Positions 30,767-40,369 of a stretch of DNA of 64,000 nucleotides are shown here, one piece after another. Within the stretch, counting starts at the first letter, position 1. Every line of letters begins with the position of its first letter. A program made the position numbers and the translations under genes. The notes under the pieces were generated by a model, which was not told the origin of the DNA, did no database searches, and was given only the letters and a program-made list of their open reading frames with translations. The stretch is taken from NCBI GenBank assembly GCA_963744995.1, contig CAVUWA010000011.1, positions 128,001 to 192,000 on the forward strand. Direction: 5' to 3'. This stretch comes from Candidatus Eiseniibacteriota bacterium. Lineage in GTDB: Bacteria; Eisenbacteria; RBG-16-71-46.

Positions 30767-31785
30767 ATCTGCTCGTGCTGGGTGGCATGAAGTTCCTCGG
30801 CCGCGCGGTGGTGGATGCCGCTCTCGACCGCGGCCACCGGATCACGCTGTTCAACCGCGGCCGCTCGGCGGCGCCACCGGCGGGCGTCGAGCTCGTCAAG
30901 GGCGACCGCGACGGCGGCCTCGGGGCTCTCGACGGCCGCACGTTCGACGCGGTGATCGACAACAGCGGTTACCTGCCGCGGCTGGTGCGCGACTCGGCAG
31001 GGCGGCTGGCCAACGCCGCGGGGCATTACGTGTTCGTGTCGAGCATCTCGGTCTACGCCGGCTACACGCCGCATCAGGACGAGACCGCGAACGTGCACGC
31101 GCTCGATGACCCTGCCGTGGAAAAGGTCACCGGCCTCACCTACGGCGGGCTCAAAGCGCTGTGCGAGCGCGCGGTCGAAGAAGCGCTGCCCGGTCGCGCC
31201 ACGATCGTGCGCCCCGGGCTGATCGTCGGCCCGCACGACTCCACCGACCGCTTCCCGTACTGGGTGCGGCATCTGGCGGGCGAGGCCGAGGTGCTCGCGC
31301 CGGGCGACCCCGAGACACCGGTGCAGGTGATCGACGTGCGCGACCTCGCCGGCTGGATGATCGCGCTGGCCGAGTCGAAGACGGCGGGCGTGTTCAACGC
31401 CACCGGTCCGCAGGCGCCGCTCACGTTCGGCGGGATGCTCGAGACTTTGCGCGCGGCCACCGGAGGCAAGGCGAAGCTCACGTGGGTCGACGCGGCGTTC
31501 CTGCTCGAGCGCGGTGTGCAGCCGTTCAGCGAGCTGCCGCTCTGGGTGCCGAAGGACGCCGCGGGCTTCATGCAGATCGACATCCGCCGCGCGCTCGCGG
31601 CAGGGCTCACGTTCCGTCCGCTCGAAGACACCGCGCGCGACACGCTCGCCTGGGAGCGGGTGCGGACCGCTGCGGAGCGGGAAGCGGCGCGCAGCGGTCT
31701 CACCGGCGCGCCGCTGTCACCGGAGCGCGAGCGTGAACTGCTCGACGCGTGGCGCGGGCGCGAGCCGGCCGGGCGGAACGCTTGA
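30763..31785 (+). CDS. NAD-dependent epimerase/dehydratase (atypical SDR)
   Basis: LVLGGMKFLGR, FNRG, FVSSISVY, YGGLK, RPGLIVGP. Confidence 0.88.
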   Translation: MNLLVLGGMKFLGRAVVDAALDRGHRITLFNRGRSAAPPAGVELVKGDRDGGLGALDGRTFDAVIDNSGYLPRLVRDSAGRLANAAGHYVFVSSISVYAGYTPHQDETANVHALDDPAVEKVTGLTYGGLKALCERAVEEALPGRATIVRPGLIVGPHDSTDRFPYWVRHLAGEAEVLAPGDPETPVQVIDVRDLAGWMIALAESKTAGVFNATGPQAPLTFGGMLETLRAATGGKAKLTWVDAAFLLERGVQPFSELPLWVPKDAAGFMQIDIRRALAAGLTFRPLEDTARDTLAWERVRTAAEREAARSGLTGAPLSPERERELLDAWRGREPAGRNA

Positions 31786-33155
31786 GCGCCCGTGACGCCG
31801 GGACCGCGGCATTGCTCGCCGATGCCGCGGCGCGCGCGCAGCGCTACCTGGAATCCCTCGGCGCGCGCGACGTCGCGCCCGCACCTGCCGCGATCGAGGC
31901 CGCCCGCGCGCAACTCGGCGGGCCGCTGCCCGAGTCGCCCGCGGATCCGGCCGCGGTGATCGCTCGGCTCGATCGTTACGGTTCGCCGGCCACGATGGGC
32001 AACGCGGGCGGCCGCTTCTTCGGCTTCGTGATCGGCGGCGCGCTGCCGGCCACGGTGGCGTCCAGCTGGCTCGGCGCGGCGTGGGACCAGAACGCGGGCC
32101 TCATGGTGACTACGCCGCTCGCGACGATCCTCGAGGAGATCGCGCTTGCCTGGCTGCTCGACGTGCTGCGGCTCCCCGCGGAGGCGGCGGGCGGCTTCGT
32201 GACCGGCGCGACGATGGCGAACTTCGCCGGGCTCGCCGCCGCACGCCACCACCTGCTCGCGCGCGCCGGCTGGGACGCCGAGGCGCAGGGCCTGTTCGGC
32301 GCGCCGCCGATCCGCGTCGTGGTGGGCGAAGAGGCGCACTCGACGCTGTTCTCGGCGCTCTCGCTGGCCGGCCTCGGGCGCGAGCGCGTCCACCGGGTGC
32401 CGGTGGACGATCAGGGCCGGATGGTGGCGAACGCGCTGCCGGCGCTCGACCCGATGACGCTCGTGTGCATCCAGTCGGGCAACGTGAACACCGGCGCATT
32501 CGACCCCGCCGAAGCGGTCTGCGCGCGGGCACGGGCGGCCGGCGCATGGGTGCACGTGGACGGCGCGTTCGGACTGTGGGCCGCCGCCGCACCGGCGCGC
32601 GCGCATCTGGTGCGCGGCGTGGCCGACGCCGACTCGTGGGCCACCGACGCGCACAAGTGGCTCAATGTGCCGTACGACAGCGGCCTCGTGTTCTGCCGGC
32701 ACCCGGAATCCCTGCGTGGAGCGATGAGCGTCAGCGCCGCCTACCTCCCGGTGAGCGCACAGCGCGAGCCGAGCCATTACACGCCGGAGCTGTCGCGGCG
32801 CGCGCGCGGCATCGACATCTGGACCGCCCTCGCCACGCTCGGCCGCGAGGGACTCGCCGACATGATCGAGCGCACCTGCCACCACGCGCGGCGCTTCGCC
32901 GACGGCCTGACCGCCGCGGGCCACGAGGTGCTGAACGACGTGGAGGTCAACCAGGTGCTGGTTTCGTTCGGCGCTCCCGAGCGCACCCGCGCCGTGATCG
33001 CGGCGCTGCAGGAGGACGGCACCTGCTGGTGCGGCGGCACCGAATGGCAGGGCGTGACGGCGATGCGGATCAGCGTCTCGTCGTGGGCCACCACCGACGC
33101 GGACGTCGAGAAGAGCCTGGCCGCGATGCTGCGCGTGGCCGACGCGACCCCGTAA
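31782..33155 (+). CDS. PLP-dependent decarboxylase (group II, aromatic/glutamate decarboxylase family)
   Basis: AWDQNA, FVTGATMAN, HVDGAFG, DAHKW (PLP lysine); TTG start overlapping upstream stop. Confidence 0.9.
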   Translation: MSARDAGTAALLADAAARAQRYLESLGARDVAPAPAAIEAARAQLGGPLPESPADPAAVIARLDRYGSPATMGNAGGRFFGFVIGGALPATVASSWLGAAWDQNAGLMVTTPLATILEEIALAWLLDVLRLPAEAAGGFVTGATMANFAGLAAARHHLLARAGWDAEAQGLFGAPPIRVVVGEEAHSTLFSALSLAGLGRERVHRVPVDDQGRMVANALPALDPMTLVCIQSGNVNTGAFDPAEAVCARARAAGAWVHVDGAFGLWAAAAPARAHLVRGVADADSWATDAHKWLNVPYDSGLVFCRHPESLRGAMSVSAAYLPVSAQREPSHYTPELSRRARGIDIWTALATLGREGLADMIERTCHHARRFADGLTAAGHEVLNDVEVNQVLVSFGAPERTRAVIAALQEDGTCWCGGTEWQGVTAMRISVSSWATTDADVEKSLAAMLRVADATP

Positions 33156-33316
33156 CCCGCTGCACGCGGCCCTGATACGGGCCCGTTCGGGATGCGTGAA
33201 AAAGGCGCTTTAGTCCTCAAGCATGCCGCGCATGCGGGCCGATAACCCCTGCGGGCTCCCCATGGGCCCGCGCCCGCGGAGGGCGTGCACGGCTTCTCAA
33301 TTCAGGAGGCTTTCCA

Positions 33317-33946
33317 ATGCGTGGTGCTGTTCTTGCGATTCTCGTGGCGGCGGCGTGTGTGGCGATGCCGCGCACCTCGGCGGCCGCGAAGGTCGGTGGC
33401 GAAGTGTTCGGTGCGTTCAACACGCACGGCATGAGCGACGTCAACGACGAGCTCGCAGCGACGAATCAGCTCTTTGGCTCCAACTTCAGCGACATCAAGA
33501 GCGGTCTGACGGGCGGCATCGCCGCGCGCGTGTGGCCGAGCGGCAACTGGATGCTCATGGCGGCGTGGGAACCGCTGTTCCTCGAATCGACCGACGATGC
33601 CAGCGGGACCACGTTCAACGTGGACGCCCAGACCTACCAGGCGACGGCGGCCTATTTCTTCCCGACGATGACGCCGGCCAAGTTCGGCATCGGTGGCGGC
33701 GCCGGCATCTACAACATCTCGGGCGAGGTCTCCGGCGGCGGCGGCAGCTCGAACATCGAAGGCTCGGGCGTGGGATTCCATGCGATGGGCATGACCGAGA
33801 TGACGGTGAGCCCCGGCTTCGCGGTCACCGGCTCGCTCGGCTGGCGCTGGGCGGACATCGAAGCGGACAACAGCGGCGGCCAGACGGTGGACTACTCGGG
33901 CGTGATGGCGCGCGTGGGTCTGGCGTTCTACCTGCCGACCCCGTAG
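33317..33946 (+). CDS. Outer-membrane beta-barrel protein
   Basis: Signal peptide, Gly/aromatic amphipathic strands, C-terminal VGLAFY; AGGAGG RBS. Confidence 0.72.
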   Translation: MRGAVLAILVAAACVAMPRTSAAAKVGGEVFGAFNTHGMSDVNDELAATNQLFGSNFSDIKSGLTGGIAARVWPSGNWMLMAAWEPLFLESTDDASGTTFNVDAQTYQATAAYFFPTMTPAKFGIGGGAGIYNISGEVSGGGGSSNIEGSGVGFHAMGMTEMTVSPGFAVTGSLGWRWADIEADNSGGQTVDYSGVMARVGLAFYLPTP

Positions 33947-33968
33947 GCGACGCAACGCTGCAACTCCA

Positions 33969-34002
33969 AACGGCGCCGGGTGCGTGAGCATCCGGCGCCG
34001 TT
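33969..34002. terminator. Hairpin (15-bp stem, GTGA loop) between convergent genes
   Basis: AACGGCGCCGGGTGC-GTGA-GCATCCGGCGCCGTT. Confidence 0.7.
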
Positions 34003-34039
34003 CGCGTGAGCCCGGGGGCCCGAGACGAACCACTCCGCG

Positions 34040-35269
34040 TCAGGGCACCAGGTAGCGTTCCTCGAACGCCTCGAGGTCCATCCCCAGCGGGGTCACGTCC
34101 AGCGTCAGCCGGTCCGCAGGCAGGCCGCCCATCAGCACCGGCTCCTGGATCGTCCGGCCGTCCAGGGTGACGCGGATGCGGCGCCGGACGTGGGACTCGA
34201 GGAACGACGCCCAGCGCGCGCGCGACTCCGGCCGGATCGTCGCGATCACCTGAACCTGGGAGCCCGGTGCGCGGTCGGAAGTCCATGCTCGTCCGGTCTT
34301 CACGGCGGCAACGTCGGCCTCGGTGAGCACCGGCGCTTCACCCGCGACGCCGACACGCAGAGGTATGCCGGGCCGCAGCGCAGTCCGAGTGAATCCGTAT
34401 GCGAGCTCGGTCGACCGTTCGATCGTCCAGCCCTCGCCGCGCGGCAGATCGAACGCCTCTGGCGCGATCGCCGGATTCCATTCGATATCCGTGAACCTCG
34501 CGCGCTCTCCGTGCGCTTCGAACTCGACCTCGACGATGTCGTGTCGCTCCGCGTCGGCCCACACCCGCACGACAACCGGTGCTCGCTCACCGGCTGGCGA
34601 ATCGATGCGTCCCTCGAACCCCAGGACTTCGCGTCCCGCGATCGTGCGGGGCGCGAGCCGGCGGGCCGGCCGTTCGACGATCGCCTTGAGGTCGTCCAAC
34701 ATGCGGCCCGGCGCGGCGGCCTCCGATGGGATCGGGGCGGGACGGGCTTCGAGCGTTCCGCCGCGCTCGTTCACCTCGCGTGAAGCGCGGCGCGCCGCGG
34801 GCTCGATGTGGATGTGCACTTCACGGCCGGGTTCCTCGCGCACGATCGAGATGAAGTCGGGCGATGCGTCCCCCACCCCGTCCGCGTACCACTCGAGGCG
34901 CGCCGCATGCTCGGTCCGGATCTCGTGCACGCGTGCGTACCGCCCGGACACGGCGGTGGTCCAGGCGCTCACCGCATGCACCGCCGCGATCCGGCGGGCG
35001 ACATCGGACCAGGCGACGTCGCCGGCACGGCGACCGGCCCACGGTGCGACGAGCAGCAGCGCCAGCGCTGCGGCCGCGGCGGCAGCGGGAATCCACCAGC
35101 GGGCGGCGATCGTGCGCCAGCGCGGCCGCGGCGTCCGGCATTCCCCCAGCAGCGCCTCGAGAACCCGGCCGCGCCCGGGCTCCGGCATGCGGGCTGTTCC
35201 GTGCGCGGCGAGCAGCCGTCCCACGTTGGCGGCGAGCAGGCGCGCGCGCTCTTCTTCGTTTGGCATCAT
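34040..35269 (-). CDS. Putative anti-sigma factor: TM helix, LolA-like domain, C-terminal SecDF P1-head-like domain
   Basis: Coupled to ECF; WWIPAAAAAAALALLLV TM; VRVWAD...FTDIEWNPAIAPEAFDLP; PVLTEADV...TLDGRTIQEPVL. Confidence 0.6.
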   Translation of the reverse strand: MMPNEEERARLLAANVGRLLAAHGTARMPEPGRGRVLEALLGECRTPRPRWRTIAARWWIPAAAAAAALALLLVAPWAGRRAGDVAWSDVARRIAAVHAVSAWTTAVSGRYARVHEIRTEHAARLEWYADGVGDASPDFISIVREEPGREVHIHIEPAARRASREVNERGGTLEARPAPIPSEAAAPGRMLDDLKAIVERPARRLAPRTIAGREVLGFEGRIDSPAGERAPVVVRVWADAERHDIVEVEFEAHGERARFTDIEWNPAIAPEAFDLPRGEGWTIERSTELAYGFTRTALRPGIPLRVGVAGEAPVLTEADVAAVKTGRAWTSDRAPGSQVQVIATIRPESRARWASFLESHVRRRIRVTLDGRTIQEPVLMGGLPADRLTLDVTPLGMDLEAFEERYLVP

Positions 35270-35877
35270 GTTTCTCTCCTCATGTCCGGCTCGCCGGCCG
35301 GCGTCGCTGCCGCCGCGGCCTCCAGCGCTTCCTTCAATCCGAGGCGCGCCCGATGCAGCATGCTCTTCACGGCCGACTCGCTGACACCCCGCTCGGCGGC
35401 CAGTGCCTGCAGCGTGCGCCCGTCGACGTGGTGCGCGACGAGCAGCGCGCGGTAGTGATCCGGCAGCGTGGCCAGCCCCCGCCGCACGAGCTCGCCGACC
35501 CCGTTGCGATCGACGTCGTCCTCCGGCAGCGGTGCCGCCGCAAGGTCCGGCCACGCGGTGGGCGTCCCGGCCGCGGCGTCCTCACCGGTCAGGGCGACCT
35601 CGCGACCCGCCCGTCGCATCGGCGTGCGCATCGCGTTGCGTGCGATGAAGGTGAGCCAGGGCCCCATCGATCCACGCCGCGGATCGAAGCGGTGGATTCC
35701 GCGCAGCGCCGCGAGAAACGTGTCCTGCACGACGTCCGGCGCCGCATCGCGGCCGATCCGCCTGCACACGAACGCGTAGAGGTCATCCACGTGGCGTTCG
35801 TACCAGACCGCTACCGCGTGCGGGTCGCGACGCCGCAGGCCTTCGAGGTCCACCGGGGTTTCACCGTTCGCGCTCAT
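35266..35877 (-). CDS. ECF sigma factor
   Basis: DVVQDTFLAALRGIHRFDPRRGS..WL..IARN, ESAVKSMLHRAR. Confidence 0.88.
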   Translation of the reverse strand: MSANGETPVDLEGLRRRDPHAVAVWYERHVDDLYAFVCRRIGRDAAPDVVQDTFLAALRGIHRFDPRRGSMGPWLTFIARNAMRTPMRRAGREVALTGEDAAAGTPTAWPDLAAAPLPEDDVDRNGVGELVRRGLATLPDHYRALLVAHHVDGRTLQALAAERGVSESAVKSMLHRARLGLKEALEAAAAATPAGEPDMRRET

Positions 35878-35949
35878 GTCATGGACACATGTACACGACC
35901 CGGAGCCGGGTTTCGCGCCGTCCCGGTTCGGCCGGCCGTTTCAGGTCAC

Positions 35950-37905
35950 CTACCGTCGCGGCGGATACCGCCGCTCGAGGCTGTCGCGCACCGCGCCGGG
36001 CAGATCGTCCAGATAGCGCAGCAGCGCGACCGCGGTCCCCTGCCCCGGCTGCAGCGCCAGCGTGCGCAGCGCGGCGCGGCGCGACTCGGCGATGTCGCCG
36101 AAGCGCGACGACACGGTGGCGAGCCCGAGCCATGCCGAAGCGTTCAGCGAGTCCTTCGCCAGCAGGCGCCAGTAGACGCGCTGCGCCCTGTGGAAGTCGC
36201 CGGCGCGCGTTTCGGCGAGCGCCCACTGCTGGATCAGGCGCGGGCTCGGCGCGAGCGCGGCAGCATCCTCGAACGCGCGCGCCGATGCGCGCCAGCGCTC
36301 CTGCTGGAAGTTGATGGTGCCCAGGTAGTCGAACATGCGCGCGCGCTCGGCATCGGCGCGGCGCGGCGACTCGCGGGTGAGTGCTTCGACGCGCACGATG
36401 CCGCGATCGAGATCGGCGCGAAGCGCGAGCCACTGCAGCGCCGGCATCGCGACCGACGCGACCACGGCGACGCCGAGCCAGGCGTGCGGCGCAGGCGGGC
36501 GGAAGGCCCCGCCCGCGCGACGCTTCTTCCGGCCGCCCGGCGCCGGGGCGGGCGCGCCGGCGCCCGCCTCGCGCAGCGCATCGGCCGCCAGCCACGCGGC
36601 GAGCATGGACAGCGCGACGGCGCCGAACGTGAAGTCGTCCCAGTCGCGGGCGATGCCGCCCACCGGATGGATGAACGGCCAGAGCAGCACGCAGGGCGCG
36701 GCGAGCACGACGAGGAAGACGGTCTCGCGCCGCCACGCGATGCGGCCGCGAGCGACGGCCATGAACGGGATGGCGAGCGCGAGCGGCGACAGCAGCAGGA
36801 TCAGGTTCAAGAGATCCACCAGCCGCGTGCCCGCGAACGCCGCCCGGAGCGGCCCGCCGGCGGCACGCACCTCGGCGGGCAGGAAATGCACGGTATCGGT
36901 GCCGATCACGGTGGTCACGATGCGCGGGCCCATCGCCGCAAGCGTCGCGAGCGGCACCAGCAGCGCAAACCAGACGAGCGGACTGCGGAGCGGCGCCCGC
37001 CCGCGGCCGCGCCACCACAGGAACCACGCGAGCGCCAGCGCCGGGAGCAGCGCGGGGGCGGTGCGATGCAGCGTGAGCGCAAGCGCGACGCAGCTGCCGG
37101 CGCCGAGCAGCGCTCCCGCGCCGGCGGGGGGCCCGCCCCCCGCGCTCCGCACCGCCGCGTTCGTCGGTCCGCGCTTCACGCGTGACTTCACGCCGCCGTC
37201 CGGTACGGCGCGCGCGCGCGGGGGGTTCGCCGCGCCGATCGCCGCGAGAGCGAACGTGCCGGTCGCCGCGAACAGCACCACCAGCTCGACGAACGCCTTG
37301 CTGTAGCCGGTGTAGAGCCCGAGGTAGCCGCCGAACAGCACGATCGAGAACGCCGCCGCGGCGGCCCCGCCGGTGAGCCGGAGCGTGCGCACGAACCCCG
37401 CGGCGCAGAGCGCGAGCAGCCCTGCCTCGAGCGCGCCGATCCAGCGCGCGGCGGTGTTGGCGCCGGCCATGCCGGCCTGCGAAAGCCACAGCGGCAGCCG
37501 GTAGTGCAGCCACGCGTCGAGCGGCAGCGCCTGCGGGAACAGCGTGCCCACCGAAGCCCGCTCCTCCACCGTGCCCTGACGCAGCAGGAAGTCACCGACG
37601 AAGCGCACGTGATCCGGAAACGCGTAGACCAGTGCGGCCGTGCCCAGAAAGGCGATCGCCAGCGCGACCGGCGCGCCGCGGGCGAGCGCGTCGCCTCCGG
37701 CCGCGAGCGGCCCCGCACCGCGCCGCGCCAGGGCGGGAATCAGCGCGAGCACGACCAGCGCCCACGGCACCCAGGCCCAGAACGGCGCGAGAAAGCGCTG
37801 TGCGTCGAGGCCCCAGCCGTACATGTCGTGGATGAACGCGAAGCCGAGTCTCGCGAGCGCGAGCGCGAACAGCGCCACCCACAGGACGCGCGCGGTGCGG
37901 GGCAC
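35950..37905 (-). CDS. Polytopic membrane protein (GT-C glycosyltransferase-like) with C-terminal TPR repeats
   Basis: More than 10 hydrophobic segments, FVGD loop, RDWD motif, C-terminal TPR-like helices; GT-C assignment is inference. Confidence 0.55.
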   Translation of the reverse strand: MPRTARVLWVALFALALARLGFAFIHDMYGWGLDAQRFLAPFWAWVPWALVVLALIPALARRGAGPLAAGGDALARGAPVALAIAFLGTAALVYAFPDHVRFVGDFLLRQGTVEERASVGTLFPQALPLDAWLHYRLPLWLSQAGMAGANTAARWIGALEAGLLALCAAGFVRTLRLTGGAAAAAFSIVLFGGYLGLYTGYSKAFVELVVLFAATGTFALAAIGAANPPRARAVPDGGVKSRVKRGPTNAAVRSAGGGPPAGAGALLGAGSCVALALTLHRTAPALLPALALAWFLWWRGRGRAPLRSPLVWFALLVPLATLAAMGPRIVTTVIGTDTVHFLPAEVRAAGGPLRAAFAGTRLVDLLNLILLLSPLALAIPFMAVARGRIAWRRETVFLVVLAAPCVLLWPFIHPVGGIARDWDDFTFGAVALSMLAAWLAADALREAGAGAPAPAPGGRKKRRAGGAFRPPAPHAWLGVAVVASVAMPALQWLALRADLDRGIVRVEALTRESPRRADAERARMFDYLGTINFQQERWRASARAFEDAAALAPSPRLIQQWALAETRAGDFHRAQRVYWRLLAKDSLNASAWLGLATVSSRFGDIAESRRAALRTLALQPGQGTAVALLRYLDDLPGAVRDSLERRYPPRR

Positions 37906-37912
37906 GGGGGCG

Positions 37913-40369
37913 CTACTCCACGATCGGCAGATCGGCGCGGTGGTAGGTCGCGCCGGGCTCCGGCAGGTGCGTCTGGCTGCGCACCCAGTCGCCGGCGGCC
38001 GAGCGGACGAAGCGCTCGAGCAGGTTGCCGCGCGGCCGGCGGTACTCGATGACGCGGATCTTCTCGCCTTCCGGAACGCCCGCGCGGCGCCGCGCCTCCG
38101 CGATCGCGTCGTCGAGCGTGCCGATCCGGTCGATCAGCCCGCGCTGGAGCGCGTCCTCGCCCATCCAGGTATGGCCGCGCGCGACGGAATCCACCGCCGC
38201 CCACGTCATGCCGCGCCCGCGTGCGACGGCGTCGACGAAGCTCGTGTACTCGCGGTAGGTCGCCGAGTCGGCGATCGCCTGGATCTCGGCGTTCCAGTCC
38301 ACCGCCGGCGACAGCCCGCGCATGTACCTGCCTCGCTCGAACGCCTCCTGCCGGACGCCCCAGTTCGCATACAGCCCCTCGAACGACGGCTTCACGAAGA
38401 ACACGCCGATCGAGCCGGTGTAGGTGAAGCGGTCGGCGAAGATGACGTCGGCGGGCACGGCGATTTCGTAGCCGCCGCTCGCCGCGGAGGCCCCCATCGA
38501 GACGATCAGCGGCTTGTTCGACTGCTCCTTCATGCGTTCGACGGTGTGCCGGATCAGCTCCGCCGCGAGGGTCGCGCCGCCGGGACTCTCGATGCGCAGC
38601 ACGACTGCGCGCACCTCGGGATTCCGGAATGCCGCCTCGATCCTGCGCGACACCGTGCGCGCGCCCATGTAGGGGCCGAACACCAGATCGTTGCCGCTCT
38701 CGCCGAGTTCCATGCCGCCGCTCGCGTACACCACCGCGACGGGTGCCGGCACGCGCCACGCGCGCAGCGGCTCGCGCAAGCGCCGCAGGTCGCGTTCTTC
38801 CGGATGGCCGCCGAGCCGCGTCATGCGCCCGAGGATCCGCAGCGCGTCCTCGCGGTAGCCGATCGAATCCACGAGTCCGGCCGCCATGAGCGCCGCGGGC
38901 GGCCAGTCGCGCCCGTCGAGGACCGGCATCAGCTGTTGCGTTCCGATCCCGCGATCCGCGGTCAGCGCGTCGACGAACAGCTTCTGGTTGACGTCGAGCA
39001 CGCGCTCGAACACTTCGCGGTCGGCATCCGTGGTCGAGTCCACGCTGAAGTTGCGATACGCGGACTTGTACTTCCCATACGAAGAGCGCTCGAGCTTCAC
39101 GCCCCACTTGTCGAGCAGGCTCCGGTAGTAGCGCTGCTCGATGCGCAGCCCGAGTCCGCGGTAGTAGGCGCCCGGCGTGGTGACGACGCGATCGCAGGCG
39201 CTCGCCAGGTAGAGTCCGGCGCGGCCCGCGCCGTATTCGAGGAACGCGACCACCGGCTTGCCCGCGGCGCGCAGGCGGCGGATGCGCGGGCGCAGTTCCT
39301 CGACCTGCGCCATACCCCCGAGGCCGCGCACCTCGAGCAGCACGCCGCGCGTCTTCGGGTCGCGGAGCGCGCGCTTCAGCTGCCGGTGGAGGCTCCCGAC
39401 CCTCGCGCCGCCGCCCGAATCCAGCAGTCCCACGCCCGGCAGCGTTTCGTCGGCCAGCGTGCCGGCGGCGTGCACGACCGCGACGCCGTCCGGATCCGTG
39501 TCGAGCACCGTGCGATCTTCGGCGCCCTCGTGGAAGCTGATCGAGTGGGTGCGCACCTGCTCGTCGCCGTCGCGGTCGTAGCCGACGTGGCCGTGATAGG
39601 CCTCACGCGGGCCGAGCAGCGCGAAGCCGGCGTGGACGCCGCCGTTCTCGACCGCACCCGTGAGCGCGATGCCGGGCAGCACTTCCAGCTCGGCGCCGAC
39701 CCGCACCTTCGCATCCTGATGAGGCGCACCCTCGCGCAGCGCCACGTCGGCCGTGATCGTCCAGCGCGGCCCCAGGTCGTAGGCCGCGCGCCGCGCGAAC
39801 GCGAGCGGCCTGAGCCCGACGCCGAGCGTGTAGTTGCGGTGCAGCGTCCTTCCCATGAAGCTCGGCTGCATCACGTGGTCGAGCGACGCACCCAGCGACA
39901 GCCAGCTCGCCGGAAACGTCAGCGTACCGACCGACAGATCCGTCGCCCGCGACCCGCCGCCCGCGCTGCGCAGCCAGTCGAGGCGCATGCCGAAGCGGCC
40001 GCGCGAGCCGCCCGCGAGCCCGAGCGAGACTGCGTGCGGCCCGTGCTCGACGTTCGCGCCGGCGATGCCGAATCCGCCCGCCGCGAGCACGCCGCGCAGC
40101 ACCGTCGTCGAAGGTGCGAGCTCCGCCCACGACAACATCAGCTCGTTCGGGTACCGCCGGCCGCCCGCCGCCGGGTTGACGAAGAACCCCGAAGCGCCGT
40201 CGGTCGCCGCAACGCTCTCGTTGCCGTAGATCGCAGGCGGCAGATCCGGCGCCTGGGCGCTGGCGTACGGAGGCGACGCAAGCAAGGCCCCCGACAGGAA
40301 CGCGGCCGCGAGCGCCGTGCGGTGTGCGGGCCGGAACGAGGCGCCGCGCGGCGACCGGCGACTTCTCAC
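37913..40369 (-). CDS. sppA: Signal peptide peptidase SppA (S49) with N-terminal beta-barrel-like extension
   Basis: YGKYKSA (Lys), RIESPGG, SMGASAASGGY (Ser), TGSIGV; about 270-aa N-terminal beta-rich region with NPAAG; GTGA overlap with nth stop. Confidence 0.85.
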   Translation of the reverse strand: MRSRRSPRGASFRPAHRTALAAAFLSGALLASPPYASAQAPDLPPAIYGNESVAATDGASGFFVNPAAGGRRYPNELMLSWAELAPSTTVLRGVLAAGGFGIAGANVEHGPHAVSLGLAGGSRGRFGMRLDWLRSAGGGSRATDLSVGTLTFPASWLSLGASLDHVMQPSFMGRTLHRNYTLGVGLRPLAFARRAAYDLGPRWTITADVALREGAPHQDAKVRVGAELEVLPGIALTGAVENGGVHAGFALLGPREAYHGHVGYDRDGDEQVRTHSISFHEGAEDRTVLDTDPDGVAVVHAAGTLADETLPGVGLLDSGGGARVGSLHRQLKRALRDPKTRGVLLEVRGLGGMAQVEELRPRIRRLRAAGKPVVAFLEYGAGRAGLYLASACDRVVTTPGAYYRGLGLRIEQRYYRSLLDKWGVKLERSSYGKYKSAYRNFSVDSTTDADREVFERVLDVNQKLFVDALTADRGIGTQQLMPVLDGRDWPPAALMAAGLVDSIGYREDALRILGRMTRLGGHPEERDLRRLREPLRAWRVPAPVAVVYASGGMELGESGNDLVFGPYMGARTVSRRIEAAFRNPEVRAVVLRIESPGGATLAAELIRHTVERMKEQSNKPLIVSMGASAASGGYEIAVPADVIFADRFTYTGSIGVFFVKPSFEGLYANWGVRQEAFERGRYMRGLSPAVDWNAEIQAIADSATYREYTSFVDAVARGRGMTWAAVDSVARGHTWMGEDALQRGLIDRIGTLDDAIAEARRRAGVPEGEKIRVIEYRRPRGNLLERFVRSAAGDWVRSQTHLPEPGATYHRADLPIVE

